Below, one piece after another: positions 19,625 through 29,192 of a DNA stretch of 64,000 bases. The notes under the pieces were generated by a model. That model worked only from the letters and a program-made list of their open reading frames with translations. It was not told where the DNA came from and did no database searches. Positions within the stretch are counted from its first letter, which is position 1, and each line of letters starts with the position of its first letter. Position numbers and translations under genes: made by a program. Origin of the DNA: Alphaproteobacteria bacterium (GTDB lineage: Bacteria; Pseudomonadota; Alphaproteobacteria; Bin95); NCBI GenBank assembly GCA_963665325.3, contig CAXXWS020000003.1:416001-480000 (forward strand), written 5' to 3'.

Positions 19625-21646
19625 ATGGGCTTGACGAGCGCTGCCCGACTGCGGTTCCTCGCCTTGGCTCTGGCGGCTCTGGCGGCGCTGGCGGTCGCTT
19701 CGGAGGCGCGCGCCGCTGCATCGCCATGGGCGCGGACGCCGGAGGCCGCCGTGCGCCTCGTGTCGGCGAGCGAGGCTGTCGGGAGCCTGGACCGTCTGCG
19801 CCTCGGACTCGAATTCGAACTGGCGCCCGGGTGGAAGACCTATTGGCGCAGCCCCGGCGACGGGGGCCTGCCGCCGGCGCTCGACTGGGCCGGAAGCGGC
19901 AATCTCGGCGAGGCCAGCCTCTACTGGCCGGCGCCGGCGCGCTTCACCATTCTCGGCATCGACAGCGTCGGCTACGAGGACCGTGTGCTCCTGCCCATGG
20001 ATGTGCGGGTTCCCGAGCCGGGTGAACCGGTGCAGGCCCGGCTCCGGGTGGACTATCTTACCTGCTCCGACATCTGCGTGCCGCAAAGCGCCGACCTCGC
20101 ACTGGCCCTGCCTGCCGGCCCGGCGCAGCCTTCGGCGGAGGCATTCGCCATCGATCGCTGGCGGGGCCGCGCGCCCCGGCCGGAACCGGTGGCCGGCCGG
20201 GCGGAGCTGGTCGGGACGGGAGACGCGGCGGTCCTCCGTGTAGCCCTGCCGGGCATCGAGGCGGAGGACATCTTCGTCGAAGCGGGGAACTTCGCCGCTT
20301 TCGGCCGGCCGTCGCCGGTCGCAGGCGGGCTCGCAGTGCCGGTGGCCTATGCGAAGGGCGGGCCGGAGGCGCTGATCGGCCGCGAGCTGGTGGCGACCGT
20401 CACGGGCGGCGGCGAGGCTGTGGAGCAACGCCTGCGGGTGGCCCCGGCCGGCGAGGCGGCGGGCTACGGCATCGCGATAATCCTGGCGCTTGCGCTTGCG
20501 GGCGGCGTCATCCTCAACCTCATGCCCTGCGTCCTGCCGGTGCTCGGCATCAAGCTCATGCATTTCGCAGGTCTCGGCGGGGCCGGCCGGGGCCGGGCGC
20601 GGGCGGAGTTCCTGGCCGTTGCCGGCGGCATCCTGTTTTCGTTCTGGCTTCTGGCCGGAGCGGCGGTTGCGGCGACCCAGGCCGGAATGGCGGTCGGCTG
20701 GGGCGTCCAGTTCCAGCAGCCGGTCTTCCTCGCGGCGATGTTGTTCCTGCTGCTCCTGTTCGCAGCCAATCTGTGGGGCTTTTTCGAGATTCCGGCGCCG
20801 CGCTTTGCGGGCGGGCTCCGGGGCGGGCCGTTCCTCACCGGCATGTTCGCGACGTTGTTGGCGACCCCCTGTTCGGCGCCCTTCGTGGGCACCGCGGTCG
20901 GTTTCGCGCTTACGCGGGGACCGTTGGAAATTGCGCTCATCTTCACGGCGCTCGGCCTCGGCCTCGCCCTGCCCTATCTCGCAGTGGCCGCCCTGCCGGG
21001 CGTGGCGGCGGCGCTGCCGAAGCCCGGCCGCTGGACGGTGTGGCTGCGCTTCGTCCTGGGGCTGGCGCTGGCGGGCACGGCGGTGTGGCTGCTGACCGTG
21101 CTGGCGGCGCAACTCGGCTGGGCGGCGGCCGCGACGGCCCTGGCGGCAGCAGCGCTGCCTGCCGCCCTCCTTGCCGCCTGGGCGAGGCGGGGCGGGCGCA
21201 TCCTTGCAGGCGGAGCTGCGCTGGCGGCCGCGGCCGGTCTTGCAGCGGTGCTGGTCCTGCCGGCCTCCATGGAGCCGGCGGCGCCGGGCGGCCGCTGGCA
21301 CGCGTTCGAGGAAGCCCGGATCGGGCCGCTGGTGTCGGAAGGCCGGACGGTTTTCGTCGATGTGACGGCCGACTGGTGCATCACCTGCAAGTTCAACAAG
21401 GCGGCCGTGCTGGACCGAGGCACGGTCGCGGCCCGTCTCACCGGGGATGTGGTGGCGATGCGCGCCGACTGGACCCGCCCGGACGCCGCCATTTCAGCCT
21501 ATCTCGCCCGCTTCGCCCGCTACGGCATCCCCTTCAACGCGGTATACGGCCCGGGCGCGCCCGCCGGGGTTCCACTGCCGGAATTGCTGACCGAAGGCGC
21601 CGTGCTGGAAGCGCTGGACGAGGCCGGTCGGAGATCGGGCGAATAG
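19625..21646 (+). CDS. dsbD: Protein-disulfide reductase, DsbD/ScsB family
   Basis: GWKTYWR.PG, C..ICVP, LNLMPCVLPVL, TPCSAPF, TADWCITCK thioredoxin domain. Confidence 0.9.
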   Translation: MGLTSAARLRFLALALAALAALAVASEARAAASPWARTPEAAVRLVSASEAVGSLDRLRLGLEFELAPGWKTYWRSPGDGGLPPALDWAGSGNLGEASLYWPAPARFTILGIDSVGYEDRVLLPMDVRVPEPGEPVQARLRVDYLTCSDICVPQSADLALALPAGPAQPSAEAFAIDRWRGRAPRPEPVAGRAELVGTGDAAVLRVALPGIEAEDIFVEAGNFAAFGRPSPVAGGLAVPVAYAKGGPEALIGRELVATVTGGGEAVEQRLRVAPAGEAAGYGIAIILALALAGGVILNLMPCVLPVLGIKLMHFAGLGGAGRGRARAEFLAVAGGILFSFWLLAGAAVAATQAGMAVGWGVQFQQPVFLAAMLFLLLLFAANLWGFFEIPAPRFAGGLRGGPFLTGMFATLLATPCSAPFVGTAVGFALTRGPLEIALIFTALGLGLALPYLAVAALPGVAAALPKPGRWTVWLRFVLGLALAGTAVWLLTVLAAQLGWAAAATALAAAALPAALLAAWARRGGRILAGGAALAAAAGLAAVLVLPASMEPAAPGGRWHAFEEARIGPLVSEGRTVFVDVTADWCITCKFNKAAVLDRGTVAARLTGDVVAMRADWTRPDAAISAYLARFARYGIPFNAVYGPGAPAGVPLPELLTEGAVLEALDEAGRRSGE

Positions 21647-21733
21647 GCAGGGGTTTCTTGCAGGGCAGCCATTGGCGTTGTAACCCTCGCGCGATCGTGC
21701 CGGAGCGTTCCTCCGGCCGGCCGGAGACGAAGG

Positions 21734-22426
21734 ATGGCAGTCAGCCGCAACGATCTGGAGACCATTCGCCAGCTTCCCCTGTTCCAGGGGCTGGCGCCGG
21801 ACGCGCTTCGATCTCTGGTCGGCGGTGCGGAGGTCCTCGCCTACTCGAAACGGACCGCGATCTTCGAGCAGGGCCAGCGGGTCACCCATTTTTTCGCTGT
21901 GCTCTCCGGGTGGGTGAAGCTGTTTCGCCTGCGCCCGGACGGAACGGAAGTGATCATCGAGGTTTTCGGCCCCGGCGAATCCTTTGCCGAAGGCGCGATC
22001 TGCATGGAGGAGGGCTATCCGGTTTCCGCCGAGCTGGTGGAGGACGGCAGGCTGCTGGCCGTGCCCGTTGCGGATTACATAGAGCGGTTGCGGGAGGATC
22101 CGGAACTGGTCGTGAGGACCTTCGCCTCGCTCGCGGTGAACCTGAAGCGCCTGGTCTCCCGGATCGAGACCGGCAGCAGCCTCAACTCTTCGCAGCGGGT
22201 GGGTGCCTTCCTGCTGCACTTCTGCCCGTCCCCGAGGCCGGACGGCGGCGCTGTCGATGTGCGCCTGCCCTATGACAAGAAGCTGATCGCAAACCGGCTC
22301 GGCATGAAACCGGAAACCTTTTCGAGAGCGCTGGCCAGCCTCAGAAAGCACGGGGTCGCCGTCCGGGGCGGCAGCGCGCGTATCGCCGACCTGGCGGATC
22401 TCCGCCGGCACGTCTCTCCCGAGTAG
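21734..22426 (+). CDS. Crp/Fnr family transcriptional regulator
   Basis: cNMP-binding domain (GPGESFAE) and HTH IANRLGMKPETFSRAL. Confidence 0.92.
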   Translation: MAVSRNDLETIRQLPLFQGLAPDALRSLVGGAEVLAYSKRTAIFEQGQRVTHFFAVLSGWVKLFRLRPDGTEVIIEVFGPGESFAEGAICMEEGYPVSAELVEDGRLLAVPVADYIERLREDPELVVRTFASLAVNLKRLVSRIETGSSLNSSQRVGAFLLHFCPSPRPDGGAVDVRLPYDKKLIANRLGMKPETFSRALASLRKHGVAVRGGSARIADLADLRRHVSPE

Positions 22427-22472
22427 CCGGAGCGCGAGTGTTGCCCGCCAATCGAAACCAGGGAGCCGCATA

Positions 22473-23702
22473 GTGGCCGCCACCATCGACTACGACGCCC
22501 TGCTGGCGCCGGACCTGCCGCCGCCCGCGCCCCGCTGGAAGGGGTTCGCGCCCTATAATTTCATCGGCGGCAATGTCGATGCGGCGAGCATGCCGGTCGA
22601 GGACATGATTACGGCGACCGCAGCTGCACTGCGCCGCGAAGGAACGACGCTTGCGACCTACGGAATGGAGAGCGGCCCGCTCGGCTACCGCCCGCTGCGC
22701 GAGTTCGTGGCGTCCAAGCTCCGGAAACGCAGCGGCCTCGCGGTCTCGCCTGACAATGTCCTCATCACCTCGGGCTCGAACCAGGGGCTGGACCTCGTCA
22801 ACCAGATTTTCCTGCGCCCGGGCGACACGGTGCTGGTCGAGCAGTTCAGCTATGGCAGCGCGCTCGCCCGTCTGCGCAAGCTCGGCGCGACGCCGGTGGG
22901 AATCCCGCTCGACGGCGACGGCATGCGCATGGACCGCCTCGCGGAAAAGCTGGCCGGGCTCGCCTCCGAGGGCGTGAAGCCGAAATTCATCTATGTCATT
23001 CCGACGATCCAGAACCCCGGCGGCAGCATCATGCCCGAGGCGCGCCGCGCGGAGCTTCTGGAACTTTCGGCGGAATACGGCGTGCCGATCTTCGAGGACG
23101 AGTGCTACGCAGACCTTCTGTGGGCGAACGAGCGCCCCCCCGCCATCGCGGCGATGGACGAGGGCAACCGGGTCATCCATTGCGGCTCGTTCTCGAAGAC
23201 GATCGCGCCGGCGCTGCGCGTCGGATACATAGTTGCGGAGCTCGCGCTGATCGCCCGGATGGTCGCCTGCAAGACAGATGGCGGCACCGGTGCGCTCGAG
23301 CAGATAATGCTGGCGGAATACTGCCGCACACGCTTCGACAACCATGTCGATCGCGTAACAGTTCTGCTCAAGGAAAAGCTCGACGCCATGACCGGGGCGC
23401 TGGAGGAGCATTTCGGCACGGCTGCCGAATTCGTGCCGCCGGAAGGGGGTATCTTCCTCTGGATTTCCTTGCCCGACGCTGTGGATGCAATGAAGCTGTC
23501 AGCCGCGTCCGCCGCCAGCGGCATCGCCATCAATCCCGGCCCGGAATGGTCCGCCGACGCCGAACCCGCCCGTTCGCGCATCCGGCTCTGTTTCGGCAAC
23601 CCGACTGTCGACGAAATCCGCGACGGCGTGAAGAAGCTGGCCGAAATCTGCCACCGGGAGTTCGGGATTCCGCTCCGGAGCGGCAATATCGAGCGGGCGT
23701 GA
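22473..23702 (+). CDS. PLP-dependent aminotransferase, class I (LysN/MocR-like)
   Basis: ITSGSNQGL, PTIQNPGG, EDECY, GSFSKTIAPALRVG. Confidence 0.9.
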   Translation: MAATIDYDALLAPDLPPPAPRWKGFAPYNFIGGNVDAASMPVEDMITATAAALRREGTTLATYGMESGPLGYRPLREFVASKLRKRSGLAVSPDNVLITSGSNQGLDLVNQIFLRPGDTVLVEQFSYGSALARLRKLGATPVGIPLDGDGMRMDRLAEKLAGLASEGVKPKFIYVIPTIQNPGGSIMPEARRAELLELSAEYGVPIFEDECYADLLWANERPPAIAAMDEGNRVIHCGSFSKTIAPALRVGYIVAELALIARMVACKTDGGTGALEQIMLAEYCRTRFDNHVDRVTVLLKEKLDAMTGALEEHFGTAAEFVPPEGGIFLWISLPDAVDAMKLSAASAASGIAINPGPEWSADAEPARSRIRLCFGNPTVDEIRDGVKKLAEICHREFGIPLRSGNIERA

Positions 23703-23748
23703 CCGGGCCGGTTGCGCGGCGGTCCGGGGCTGCCGCATGCTTTCCGGC

Positions 23749-25050
23749 ATGAGCGAAGCGCCGGAATTTCCGCCGGGCCCGGACCGCCCCCTGCCCGAGG
23801 CGACCGAGGTCGTCGTCATCGGCGGCGGCGTGGTCGGCGTCACCGCCGCGCTCACACTCGCGGAATGGGGCGTGCCGGCCGTGCTCTGCGAGAAGGGTCG
23901 GATCGCGGGCGAGCAGTCCTCCCGCAACTGGGGGTGGATCCGCGTCCAGGGGCGCGATGTGCGCGAAATTCCCCTGATGCTGGAATCGCAGGCGCTGTGG
24001 CGCCGTTTCGGGGAACGGAGCAACGTCGATTTCGGCCTCCGCCAGGGCGGTATCGCCCATCTGGCGGAAGATGAGGAAGAGCTTGCCGGACGCCAGGCCT
24101 GGCTCGCCTCCGCGCGACCCTTCCAGCTCTCCTCGCGGATGCTCACTTCCGCCGAGGCCGGCGAGCGGATCGGACAGGACGGAACGCGTTTCGCCGGTGG
24201 GCTGCTGACGCCGACCGACATGCATGCCGAGCCCGCCCTCGCGGTTCCGGCGCTCGCGCGCCTTGCCGCCGAGGCCGGCGCGGCGATCTTCGAGCGGACG
24301 GCCGTGCGCTCCCTGGAGCGTTCCGGCGGTCGAGTTACGGGGGTTGTCACCGAGCACGGGGCCGTCGCCTGCCGCGCGGTCATCCTGGCGGGCGGCGCCT
24401 GGTGCCGGCCGTTCCTGGAAAACATGGGCCATTCCCTGCCGCAACTCGCCGTGCGCGCGCAGGCGCTGCGGACCGCGCCCGCGCAGCCGATTGCGCCGGG
24501 GCCGGTCGGGACGCGTGCGGCGTCGGTGCGCCCGCGTCTGGATGGCGGCTATACCGTCGGACGCGCAGGAACGGCGCGCTTCGACCTGATCCCCGCCGCC
24601 TTCGCCCATTTCCGGGCCTTCCTGCCGCTGCTCCGGGAGAGCTGGCGGGCGACGCAGATCCGGTTCGGCCCCGAGTTCTTCGGTGCGCTCGGCCGGCGGC
24701 GCTGGCGCGCCGACCAGTTCAGTCCGATGGAACAGGCCCGCATGCTCGACCCCGCCCCGGACAGGAAGATGTCTGTCGCTCTCCTGCGCGCGGCCGGGCG
24801 GGTCTATCCGCAACTCCGGGATGTGCCGGCGGTCGAGGACTGGGGCGGGATGATCGACGTCACACCCGACGAGGTCCCGTTGATCGGGCCGGTGGCGGGC
24901 GTGGAGGGGCTGACGCTGGCGTCGGGGCTCTCCGGCCACGGTTTCGGCTTCGGGCCGGGCGCGGGCCTGCTCGCGGCCCAACTCGCCACCGGGCGCGAGC
25001 CCGCCGCCGACCCGACCCCCTTCGCAACCGACCGCTTCGACCGGCCGTGA
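23749..25050 (+). CDS. FAD-dependent oxidoreductase (DAO/DadA family)
   Basis: VVIGGGVVG, EQSSRNWGW, WGGMIDVTPD, GLSGHGFG. Confidence 0.9.
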   Translation: MSEAPEFPPGPDRPLPEATEVVVIGGGVVGVTAALTLAEWGVPAVLCEKGRIAGEQSSRNWGWIRVQGRDVREIPLMLESQALWRRFGERSNVDFGLRQGGIAHLAEDEEELAGRQAWLASARPFQLSSRMLTSAEAGERIGQDGTRFAGGLLTPTDMHAEPALAVPALARLAAEAGAAIFERTAVRSLERSGGRVTGVVTEHGAVACRAVILAGGAWCRPFLENMGHSLPQLAVRAQALRTAPAQPIAPGPVGTRAASVRPRLDGGYTVGRAGTARFDLIPAAFAHFRAFLPLLRESWRATQIRFGPEFFGALGRRRWRADQFSPMEQARMLDPAPDRKMSVALLRAAGRVYPQLRDVPAVEDWGGMIDVTPDEVPLIGPVAGVEGLTLASGLSGHGFGFGPGAGLLAAQLATGREPAADPTPFATDRFDRP

Positions 25051-25082
25051 TGGCGGGAAAACACAGAGCGGGGCCATAGCCC

Positions 25083-26297
25083 GTGACCCATACCGCCGCT
25101 GCCCGCTTCATGCTGGCGACCTGCTTCCTGGTGCTGTTGTTCAATGGCGGCGCCCGCTTCGCCATCGGCCTGCTGCTTGAGCCGATGACCGAAGACCTCG
25201 AATGGAGCCGCAGCGCCGTCTCCCTCAACGTCACCCTGTTCATGGTGCTGTCCGCCTGCGCCATGTTCCTCGTCGGCCGCCTTGTGGACCGCGCGGGCGC
25301 CGTCGTCGTGCTGGGCGCGGCCGTGCTCGTCTCGGCAGCCGGGCTCGCGTCGATGAGCTTCGTCGAGCATCCCTGGCAGGCGCTCCTGCTTTACGGCGTG
25401 GTGTTCGCGCTCGGCAGCGCCGGCACCTCGATCACGCCTATCGGGGTGCTGCTCAGTCGCTGGTATCCGCAGCGGATGGGGATGGCCAACAGCATCGCGA
25501 TCTCCGGCATGGGACTCGGCCAGTTGCTGGTCATCTCGCTGCTCGCCGCGCAGCTTGCCGTGCTCGGCTGGCGCGGATCCTTCCTCGCGCTCGGGATCGT
25601 GACGCTGACATGCGTGCTGCCGCTCATGGTGCTGGCGCGGAGCGTCCCCGGCGCCGCGCGGGCCTCCGCGCCGGGCGGCGCGTCCCGCCCGGCCGCTTCG
25701 TCCGGGGGAGGGGCGGCCACCCTCCGCGAAGCCCTGTCTTCGCGCCGCCTGCAACTGCTTCTCGTCATCTATGCAATCTGCGGCTTCCAGGACTTCCTGG
25801 TTGCCACCCATGTCGTCGCCTTTGCGGTGGATGAGGGCGTCGGTCGCCTGCTCGCCGGCAATGTCCTGGCTTTCATGGGGCTGGCTGGCGTCGGCGGCGT
25901 GTTGCTGACCGGCGTGCTCAACGACCGCTGGGGTCCGGTCCTGCCGACCGCGGTCTGTTTCGTGCTGAGGACCCTGCTTTGTGCCGTTTTGCTGGTGAGC
26001 CGGGAGCCCGCCGTCATCGCCGGCGCGGCACTGCTCTTCGGCGCGACCTTCTGGGTCACCGCACCGCTCACCGTGGTTTTCGGCCGCGAGATTGCGGCCA
26101 TGTCCCTGCTCGGTACGGTGACCGGGCTCATCACCATGGTCCACCATTCGGCGGGCGGACTCGGCGCGCTCGTCGGCGGCACGATCTTCGATGCCCATGG
26201 GTCCTACGACGCGGCGTTCGTCCTCATGCTGGTGCTGTCCGTCGCCGCCCTCGTCCTCACCTTCGCCTTGCCGGCCCCTCCACGCCGGGGACCTTGA
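25083..26297 (+). CDS. MFS transporter
   Basis: About 12 TM segments, GRLVDRAG, GVLNDRWG. Confidence 0.9.
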   Translation: MTHTAAARFMLATCFLVLLFNGGARFAIGLLLEPMTEDLEWSRSAVSLNVTLFMVLSACAMFLVGRLVDRAGAVVVLGAAVLVSAAGLASMSFVEHPWQALLLYGVVFALGSAGTSITPIGVLLSRWYPQRMGMANSIAISGMGLGQLLVISLLAAQLAVLGWRGSFLALGIVTLTCVLPLMVLARSVPGAARASAPGGASRPAASSGGGAATLREALSSRRLQLLLVIYAICGFQDFLVATHVVAFAVDEGVGRLLAGNVLAFMGLAGVGGVLLTGVLNDRWGPVLPTAVCFVLRTLLCAVLLVSREPAVIAGAALLFGATFWVTAPLTVVFGREIAAMSLLGTVTGLITMVHHSAGGLGALVGGTIFDAHGSYDAAFVLMLVLSVAALVLTFALPAPPRRGP

Positions 26298-26351
26298 CCC
26301 CGGGCCGGCGCGGGGCGTCTAATCGGGATCGAGGCTGGAAGGAGGCGGTGC

Positions 26352-27236
26352 ATGGAACCGGTGCGCTATATCGACCGTACGCGCGACGACTACATTCGGC
26401 AGGGCTATGAGCAGGCCTATGAGTGGGCGCATTTCGAGGATGTGCCGTTCGCGCGGCTCGACAAGCCGCTTTCGGAATGCCGCGTCGGGCTGATCGGCAC
26501 CAGCGAGATCGCGGTGCGCTACGACCCGGAGACGGAAGAGAACCCCGTTGTCGAAGAGGATTTCCGGGGCGTCTATTCCTTCTCCGCCGACACGCCGACG
26601 GAGAAGCTTTACAGCCGCACCGCCTCGTTCGACCGCTTCGCCACCCATCTGGACGACGTCAACGCCTATTACCCGGTGGACCGCCTGCGCGAAGCCGTGG
26701 CGGACGGTCGGGTCGCCGGCATCCCGGACCGGCTCTACGGCTGCTACAACAATTACAGCAAGCGCAAGGTGATGACCGAGGAGGCGGCGAAGGCGCTCGC
26801 TTATTGCCGCGAGGACGGCATCGACGCGCTCCTCATGGTGCCTGTCTGACCCGTCTGCCATCAGACCGTGAGTCTGATAAGCAGGCATATCGAGGCGGCA
26901 GGCATCCCGACCGTAGTGATCGGGGCTGCACGCGACATCGTCGAGCATTGCGGCGTCGCCCGCTACGTCTTCACCGACTTCCCGCTCGGCAGCCCTTGCG
27001 GCGAGCCCTGGGATACGGACCAGCAGCGCATCATCTTCCAGATGGCGCTCGACCTGCTCGAGGAGGCAAAGGGCCCGCGCACCACCCGCGAGGCGGGTTT
27101 CCGCTGGACGGGCGGCGAGGACTGGAAGCGGCTCGTGTTCACCGCCGAACAGCCCTGGCAGGACGAGGCCACCCACGCCAAATGGATGGCGCGCAAGGAG
27201 GAATACCGCCAGCTCCGCGCGGCGGGCAAGGTATGA
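26352..27236 (+). CDS. Selenoprotein, proline/glycine reductase selenoprotein B (PrdB/GrdB)-like; UGA 26847-26849 read as Sec
   Basis: Two track ORFs are in frame across one TGA, giving LMVPV-U-PVCHQTVSLISRHIEAAGIPTV (UxxC, PrdB-like context); also KPLSECRVGLIGT, D.NAYYP.DRL and FPLG.PCG motifs. Confidence 0.87.
26853..26886 (+). promoter_or_regulatory. Candidate bacterial SECIS element
   Basis: GTCTGC-C-ATCAGAC-(CGTGA)-GTCTGAT-AA-GCAGGC hairpin directly 3' of the UGA; loop G 19 nt after UGA. Confidence 0.72.
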
Positions 27237-27490
27237 CCGGCATGGCGGCCGCCCCCGCCGTCACGCTCTACACCACGCCGCTCTGCGCGCCTTGCGAGCA
27301 GATCAAGCGCTACCTGGAGTCGCGCGGCGTCGCGTTTGCCCGGCGCGACCTGATGATGGACGAGGAGGCGCAGGACCGTCTCGACGCCGCCCGCATCCGG
27401 GGCACGCCGGCCGTCGAGGTGGACGGGACGTTCCTCGTCGGCGACGGGCTGACCCGCGAGGCTCTGGACCGGCTGCTCGGGCTGGACTGA
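27233..27490 (+). CDS. Glutaredoxin/NrdH-like redoxin
   Basis: VTLYTTPLCAPCEQIKRYLESRGV...GTPAVEVDG (CxxC plus cis-Pro TP); ATGA overlap with selenoprotein stop. Confidence 0.87.
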   Translation: MTGMAAAPAVTLYTTPLCAPCEQIKRYLESRGVAFARRDLMMDEEAQDRLDAARIRGTPAVEVDGTFLVGDGLTREALDRLLGLD

Positions 27491-27497
27491 CAGCGCC

Positions 27498-28376
27498 GTG
27501 GCGGAGCCGGTCGTTCTCTATGAGGAACGGGGCCCCGTCGCCCTCGTTTCGCTCAACCGGCCCGAACGCCTCAACACGCTGACCGAGGAAATGGTCGAGG
27601 GCGTGGCGGACGCCATCGACCGCGCCTCCGCCTCACGCTCCGTGCGCGCGATCGTGCTGCGCGGCGAAGGGCGGGCGTTCACGGCGGGCTACGATCTGGA
27701 AGCAACCGGCGCCTCCCTGGAGGGCTGGTCGCAGCCCTACGATGCGCCGAGCCCGGAGCCGCGCCCCGGGGCCTGGGACCCGGTGCGGGACTACCGCAGC
27801 ATGGGGCGCAATGTCGAGCGGTTCATGAAAATCTGGGACTGCCCGAAGCCGGTGCTGGGCGCGATACACGGCTGGGCGGTCGGCGGCGCGACGGACCTCG
27901 TGCTCTGCTGCGACCTGCTCTTCATGGCCGAAGACGCCTTCATCGGCTATGCGCCGTCCAGGATTTTCGGCACGCCGACGACCATGCTCTGGGTCTATCG
28001 CCTCGGCCTCGAGCACGCCAAGCAGTTCCTGCTGAGCGGCGACGCCATCGACGCGGCGACGGCGCACCGCATCGGCCTGGTCTCTTATGTCTGCCCGCCG
28101 GAGGAGCTGGACGAGCGCATAGAGGCGCATGCAAGGCGCTTCGAGCATATTCCAGCCAACCAGCTTGCGCTCAACAAGCTGCTCATCAACCAGGCCTTCG
28201 AGAATATGGGCCTGCGCACGACGCAGCTGCTCGGCACGCTGTTCGACGGCATGACGCGCCATACCGAAGAAGCCCATCGCTGGGCCGAAAGCCTTGCCGA
28301 GCAGGGCATGCGCCGCACCGCCGCTGCCCGCGACGCCCCCTTCGGCGACTACAGCGCAAGGCCGCGCAAGGACTGA
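27498..28376 (+). CDS. Crotonase/enoyl-CoA hydratase family protein
   Basis: LNRPERLN, FTAGYDL, PKPVLGAIHGWAVGG, A.RIGLV. Confidence 0.92.
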   Translation: MAEPVVLYEERGPVALVSLNRPERLNTLTEEMVEGVADAIDRASASRSVRAIVLRGEGRAFTAGYDLEATGASLEGWSQPYDAPSPEPRPGAWDPVRDYRSMGRNVERFMKIWDCPKPVLGAIHGWAVGGATDLVLCCDLLFMAEDAFIGYAPSRIFGTPTTMLWVYRLGLEHAKQFLLSGDAIDAATAHRIGLVSYVCPPEELDERIEAHARRFEHIPANQLALNKLLINQAFENMGLRTTQLLGTLFDGMTRHTEEAHRWAESLAEQGMRRTAAARDAPFGDYSARPRKD

Positions 28377-28474
28377 GCTTCCTCGTTCCTTTCCGGGCCC
28401 GGAAGAATGTCCGCCCCGGCCGGGCACTGGGCCGGGTCGCGCATGCGCCATTCGAAGGCTGCTAAACTCCGGGC

Positions 28475-29110
28475 ATGACTGTCGACAGTTACCTGCTCTA
28501 TCTGGCGACCCTCGGTGTGTTCTTCGCGAGCCCGCCGGGTACCAGCCAGCTCCTCGTAATGGCCAACGGCGCACGCCACGGGCTGCGGCGAACGGGCTGG
28601 ACAATTGCCGGCGACCTCTCGGCGAATGCGCTGCAGATGACCGCCGCGGCGTTCGGCATCGCAGCCGCGATCGCCGCCTCGTCCGAGATATTCCGCCTCG
28701 TCAAGTGGCTGGGGGTCGCCTACCTGGCCTGGATCGGCTTGCGCCTGCTTCTGTCGAAGTCGGGCGACAGGACCGAGGCGGCCGAAGCGGCCCGTTCGCG
28801 TGCGCGGCTGTTCCGTCAGGGATTCATCACATCGAGCGCCAACCCGTTCGCGGTCATGTTTTTTGCCGCGCTCTTCCCGCAGTTCATCGATCCTGCTGCA
28901 CCGACGCTTCCCCAGCTCGCAGTTCTCGGCGGGACCTATCTGGTCGTCGATGGCCTGATCCTGCTGGCCTGGGGCCTGCTCGCCGAAAGGGCCGGAGCGC
29001 GCATCCGGGCGCAGGGCTTCAGTCTGCTCAACCGCATGTGCGGAACATTGATGGTCGGCGCCGCCATGCTTCTGGCCCTCAGGGACTTCGAACCGCAGCA
29101 GCGCCGATAA
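28475..29110 (+). CDS. LysE/RhtB family translocator
   Basis: SPPG...NG.RHG, KWLGVAYL.WIG, FRQGFITSSANP...FF.ALFPQF. Confidence 0.9.
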   Translation: MTVDSYLLYLATLGVFFASPPGTSQLLVMANGARHGLRRTGWTIAGDLSANALQMTAAAFGIAAAIAASSEIFRLVKWLGVAYLAWIGLRLLLSKSGDRTEAAEAARSRARLFRQGFITSSANPFAVMFFAALFPQFIDPAAPTLPQLAVLGGTYLVVDGLILLAWGLLAERAGARIRAQGFSLLNRMCGTLMVGAAMLLALRDFEPQQRR

Positions 29111-29192
29111 ATCCGGATGGATGTGACCCGCTGGCATCGGTGATTTACACTGGCCGACGGCGGCAAAGCCGGCCGCCACAGTGGAGGCGCCG

